A DNA stretch of 64,000 nucleotides from an uncultured delta proteobacterium (GTDB lineage: Bacteria > Desulfobacterota > RBG-13-43-22). The notes beneath the pieces were generated by a model. That model had not been told where the DNA came from. It searched no databases and saw only the letters and a program-made list of their open reading frames with translations. The stretch covers positions 224,001 to 288,000 of the forward strand of contig CAWBOS010000013.1 in the NCBI GenBank assembly GCA_963790475.1, in the 5' to 3' direction. A program made the position numbers and the translations under genes. Positions 59,782 to 64,000 of this stretch are shown here, piece by piece (the stretch's first letter is position 1; every line of letters starts with the position of its first letter).

Positions 59782-59960
59782 GAATATCCTCAAGAGAGTG
59801 ATTTTAAACAACGGATTGAAGGGCTCAGTTTTTAGTTTGGAGTCTTTAGTTCGGAGTAAAAACTCAATACCCCGAACTCTGAACTAATCACTTATCTGCA
59901 AACCAATTGATGGAAAAACCAAACTATAAAACAAAAACAGTTAAGAAACGGGAGGAATGA

Positions 59961-60833
59961 ATGAATTGGGTAACGATAGATCAGGAAAAATGCAACCAAT
60001 GCGGGATATGCGCCAGAAGGTGTCCGCGGTGTTATACGAATACCGACGGAGTGATTACCGTTCAGGCCGATGAAGAATGCTGCAACCTGTGCGGTCACTG
60101 CGTGGCCCTTTGTAAAACCTCGGCCATTACTCACAGCCGGATGGACATGGACAATTTCCCTCCGGTCGGCGCTCCGGTTCCATTGGAAGCGGATGATTTC
60201 ATCCGATTGGTCCGACAGCGAAGAAGCTACAGGGCCTATAAGAGCAAGGCCGTTCCCCGTCAGGACCTGGAAAAATTAATGGAAATGTGCCGTTATTGTC
60301 CCACCGGGAGCAACCTCCAGACCGTGCAGATCAAGATCATCACCGACGGTGGAAAGATTAAAAATTTATCCGATCTTACGGTTGACTATTTTATGGAGAT
60401 GATCAATCAGGTGGATAGAATAATAATGGAGATGACTTCGCAGGGCCGGAAAATTCCCAAGGATCTGGCTGAACAGAAGTTTTTCGTCGATCGATATCGA
60501 CGGCTGGAAATGGCCAAGGAACTGGGGATCGACCCCATTTTACATAAGGCCCCGGTGGTGTTGATTTTCCACTCACCCCCCAACCCCAGTACACCCAAAG
60601 ATGATTGTGTGATCGCCGCCCAGACCGTGGTCCTGGGCGCGATGACTATGGGTCTGGGTACCTGTTATATCGGTCTCTTGACCAAGGCCGCTATCGACTA
60701 TCCCCCGCTTCAAAAGGCCCTGGATCTGCCTCCGGGAAACACGGTCCATAGTGTCCTGGTTCTGGGGTATCCCCGGCTCAAGTTCCAGAAAGCCGTGGAT
60801 CGAAAACCCTTGACGATTCAGTGGGAAGAATAG
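59961..60833 (+). CDS. nitroreductase with N-terminal ferredoxin domain
   Basis: CNQCGICARRCP, CNLCGHCVALC, RRSYR, LGTCYIG. Confidence 0.92.
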   Translation: MNWVTIDQEKCNQCGICARRCPRCYTNTDGVITVQADEECCNLCGHCVALCKTSAITHSRMDMDNFPPVGAPVPLEADDFIRLVRQRRSYRAYKSKAVPRQDLEKLMEMCRYCPTGSNLQTVQIKIITDGGKIKNLSDLTVDYFMEMINQVDRIIMEMTSQGRKIPKDLAEQKFFVDRYRRLEMAKELGIDPILHKAPVVLIFHSPPNPSTPKDDCVIAAQTVVLGAMTMGLGTCYIGLLTKAAIDYPPLQKALDLPPGNTVHSVLVLGYPRLKFQKAVDRKPLTIQWEE

Positions 60834-60964
60834 ATAACCAGGCTATAGGCAAGAGGGAGTGCAGGAAGGTTGGTCATTGAAGGCTATCTATTGTCCCACC
60901 AACGGGACAATAGATAGATTTGTTTCTTTGCGCTCTTAGGGTTTTGCGGTGAATGACCAGTCTT

Positions 60965-62141
60965 CTATTTCAATTGGGTCCGATTAAATCCCAGGATCTG
61001 GCGGCAGACCACCAGCATCTGGATCTGACCGGTTCCCTCATAGATATCGTTGATCTTGCAATCCCGCATCCATTTCTCCACCAGCCAGTCGCGGGAGTAG
61101 CCGAGTGGTCCCAGCAGGGCTACGCATCTCTGGCAAATCTGGGTAATGGCCCTGCCGGCTTTGGCTTTTCCCATGGAGGACTCCAGCGAGTTTCTCTGCG
61201 CCTTGTCAAGCATCGATGCCGACTGTCTGACCAGAAGCCTGGCCGCTTCCAGGTTGGCCTCCATGTCCAGTATTTCTTTCTGAACGGCGCTCAACGAATG
61301 AATGCCCCGGTCATAGGGGAAGGTAACTCCGGCCTCTTCCAGTTTTTCCTTTGGTGAATTCTAAAGCCGCCCTTCCTACACCGATACCCTGAGCGGCCAC
61401 TCCCGGGCGGGTGGCATCAAAAGTAGCCAAAACCCCTACCTGTCCGCCTTTGGCTTCTTTGATCTCCGGGGAACCCAGAATGTTGTCATAAGGAATGCGG
61501 CAGTCTTCGAAAACGATCGAGGCCGTATCTGAGGCCCTGATCCCGAGTTTGTGCTCCAGTTTGGTCAGGGTCATCCCTTTTCGGAACTTTTCGACCACAA
61601 AACTTTTAATGGCCGCCCGACCCTTGCTCTTGTCCAGTGTAGCCCAGGCGACGACGGCATTGCATCGCTTGCCGGAGGTTACAAAGATCTTCTCACCATT
61701 CAAGATCCACTCGTTCGTTTCCGGATCGAGTTTGGCTGTTGTGGCCACTGCCGCGGTATCGGAACCAAAACCGGGTTCGGTGATGGCCATGGCGCAATGC
61801 AAATTGTCAAAACGGGCCTTTTGTTCCGGCGTAGCCACGGCCCTGATGGCGGCGTTGCCAAGACCCACGGTGGCTATGGCCCCTGCCGTTACCGGGTCTC
61901 CCCAGGAGCGTTCCTCGCCCAGGATAATATTGGTAAGGAACTGCCCTTCACCTTGTCCCGGCTCGGCCAAAGCTTTCAAAAGTGCGGCATTATTTCTTTT
62001 TAACTGTTCCTTTTCATCTTCTTTGAATTCGGCATGTTCGTTTTCGTCATAATAGCGTGCCAGAGTCCTGACATATTCAGCATTTTTATGGGCGATCTTT
62101 ACCGCTTTCAATGTTTTTGGTGATAATGAAAAATCAATCAT
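60965..62141 (-). CDS. acyl-CoA dehydrogenase, frameshifted near 61345-61352
   Basis: ITEPGFGSD, NGEKIFVT, DIYEGT; removing one base restores EFTKEKLEEAG...SAVQKE. Confidence 0.85.
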
Positions 62142-62282
62142 TTTCTCCCTCCATTTGATGAAGCCTACGAATGCTTCGTTCTATAATCAAAAGGTTTAAG
62201 GTGTACGGTGTAAGGTATAAGGTATAAGATTTTTTTGGACCTTGAACCTCAGACCTTAAACCTCGGACCGTGTACCTTTCTT

Positions 62283-62826
62283 TCAGCCGATGGCCAGACC
62301 TTCCATGGTGTCAAAACCCCGGCCGTTTCTGAACCACAGCTCCACCGGATGTTCCCGGATATAACCGTGTCCGCCCAAAACCTGCACCCCGTAATCCGTC
62401 ACCAGCATCGTCTTGTCGGCGCAATACCTCTTGGTCAGCCCCGCATCCCGCGTGGCATCCTCATGCCGGTCCAGCCGCCAGGCCGTCCGCCAGACCATCA
62501 GCCGCATCCCGGCCACTTCTATCGCTGATTCCCCCAGCATCCAGGCCACCGCCTGCCGGCTGGCTATCGGCTCTCCAAAGGCAAAACGTTCCTTGGCATA
62601 CTTGATCGCATATTCATTCGAGGCCCGGGAAACCCCCACTGCCATGGCACACAGATTGGCCCGGGACAGGTTCAGCAGCCTCATAAAATTGATCCCATTC
62701 TCTCCGCCCAGCCGCCTGTTCAGGGGCACTTCCACATCTTTGAAGGTCACCGGAAAAAGAGGCAGGGGTTTCAATCCCATATTCTTCTCCCGTTCCCCCA
62801 CCGTCACTCCGGGGGTGTTCCGGTCG
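62283..62826 (-). pseudogene. acyl-CoA dehydrogenase C-terminal fragment
   Basis: YAKERFAFG, VQVLGGHGYIREHPVE; N-terminal half absent. Confidence 0.8.
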
Positions 62827-63025
62827 AAATGTTTCCGAGCGCTCGTTAACTTTTGAAATATTTTTACCACAATCAAATTTCTCAAGTCAAGGCAAAAACT
62901 AATTTTAGAACCACTATTGAGCGGCTTTGGCCTGACGATAAAGAAGGAATAAAATATTGAACGGGGAAGGCTTGCAATTCTTTTTGAAAACTGCCATGAT
63001 ATATTTTATGAAGGATTACGGTTTC

Positions 63026-63167
63026 GAGACCTTTGAAAAATATTCAATTTTGTCCAAGGTCAAGGAGGACGAAAATTTTAACCACAGGAATACATTTAGT
63101 ATTTCGAGGATTAAAATTTGAGTCTGACGCAGAGATTGGGCAAAAGGGGGTGTTTTTCAAAGGTCTC
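63026..63167. mobile_element. ~142 bp MITE, copy 2
   Basis: GAGACCTTTGAAAAA...TTTTTCAAAGGTCTC perfect 15-bp terminal inverted repeat. Confidence 0.82.
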
Positions 63168-63382
63168 TCGTAATAAGTCGCCGAATTCCAAGCACCGTCA
63201 TATAGACGAAAGCCTGAGTCCAAGAATAATAACTTCTTATGGACCCCGGCGCCTGTCCCGGACCTGATCCGGGATTCGACGGGGTGACGACCTTGGTGAA
63301 TTTTTACGAACTTATCAAGGTTCACCCCTTCGAAATAAACAGTCTTGCCGTTCATCGGCAAATGATATGGAGAAACCATTTA

Positions 63383-63709
63383 ATGAAGATCCACTTCAAA
63401 GTCTGGCTGGAAAAAGATAACCGAGTCCTATTCGGGGAGGGCCGGAGTCAACTTCTCCAAGCCATTGAGGACTATGGGTCCCTGGCCCAGGCGGCCAGGA
63501 AGATGAATATGTCTTATCGGGCGGCCTGGGGACGGTTAAAGGCCTCTGAGGATCGATTAGGCTATCCCTTGGCTGAAAAGGATTTAGAACAAGGGAAAAA
63601 AGGGGGACTGCGGTTGACCCCTGACGGAAAAGACCTCCTTAACAAATACAAAACTATTCATCAGGCCCTGGATTCGCTGGTGAATGAATTGGAGCGGAAA
63701 TCTTTTTGA
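63383..63709 (+). CDS. ModE-like winged-helix regulator (HTH only)
   Basis: FGEGR..LL.AI..GSL..AA..M.MSYRAAW; GGAG RBS. Confidence 0.88.
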   Translation: MKIHFKVWLEKDNRVLFGEGRSQLLQAIEDYGSLAQAARKMNMSYRAAWGRLKASEDRLGYPLAEKDLEQGKKGGLRLTPDGKDLLNKYKTIHQALDSLVNELERKSF

Positions 63710-64000
63710 AACGGAAAAGCCAAAGCGGAATCTCGGATCTGGAAAAATCGATTATCCGAGAACTGACCGGAGATCTTCCCGTCACCTCCCAACCTTTTGC
63801 CCCGATTGCCCGACAATTGGGAATCTCTCAAAGACGTCTTTTAAATATCGTCAAGAGACTGAAAGACGAAGGTTATATCCGCCGTTTTGGGGCCACCCTC
63901 CGCCACCGGAATTCGGGGTTTTCCGCCAACGCCATGGTGGTCTGGAAGATTCCCGATGAAAAAATTAATCAAGTGGGGCAGGTAATGGCCTCTTTCAAGG
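63706..64000 (+). CDS. ahbB: siroheme decarboxylase beta-subunit-like (Lrp/AsnC fold), partial
   Basis: Manual translation: GDLPVTSQPF...IRRFGATLRHRNSGFSANAMVVW; runs off the window. Confidence 0.8.
   Translation, partial: MKRKSQSGISDLEKSIIRELTGDLPVTSQPFAPIARQLGISQRRLLNIVKRLKDEGYIRRFGATLRHRNSGFSANAMVVWKIPDEKINQVGQVMASFK

Noticed and set aside
63239-63382. N-terminal extension of the ModE-like ORF and ORF 63044-63379
   Set aside because: Read-through of MITE/REP sequence

Overview
64 kb of bacterial DNA whose gene content (AbfD, AhbB-like, PEP-CTERM and STAND-cyclase proteins, a Sec-type rhodanese) suggests an anaerobic Deltaproteobacterium/Desulfobacterota; this is an inference. Intact loci include a DUF72-ligD-ku-TPR NHEJ cluster, a thiolase-abfD operon, a YdbH/YdbL-like pair, glnS, two tandem zinc-ribbon/class III cyclase/STAND ATPase/TPR genes and several redox and acyl-CoA enzymes. 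Between them lie many gene remnants, some keeping both ends but lacking the middle, and several families of small palindromic repeats/MITEs. Highlights: (1) a ~100-nt element in four copies (conserved 5' part readable as peptide MKWEFQKVPI or as a hairpin/pseudoknot, then a terminator-like hairpin), each directly upstream of a small alpha+beta-barrel-type gene, a candidate undescribed attenuator/riboswitch; (2) a complete IS110-family element inserted at a CT core into a palindromic repeat, with a circle-junction promoter and a predicted two-loop bridge RNA matching its target and donor; (3) a dispersed promoter-bearing repeat; (4) an unannotated UGA-readthrough rhodanese with a SECIS-like hairpin. 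No rRNA, tRNA or CRISPR array was seen.
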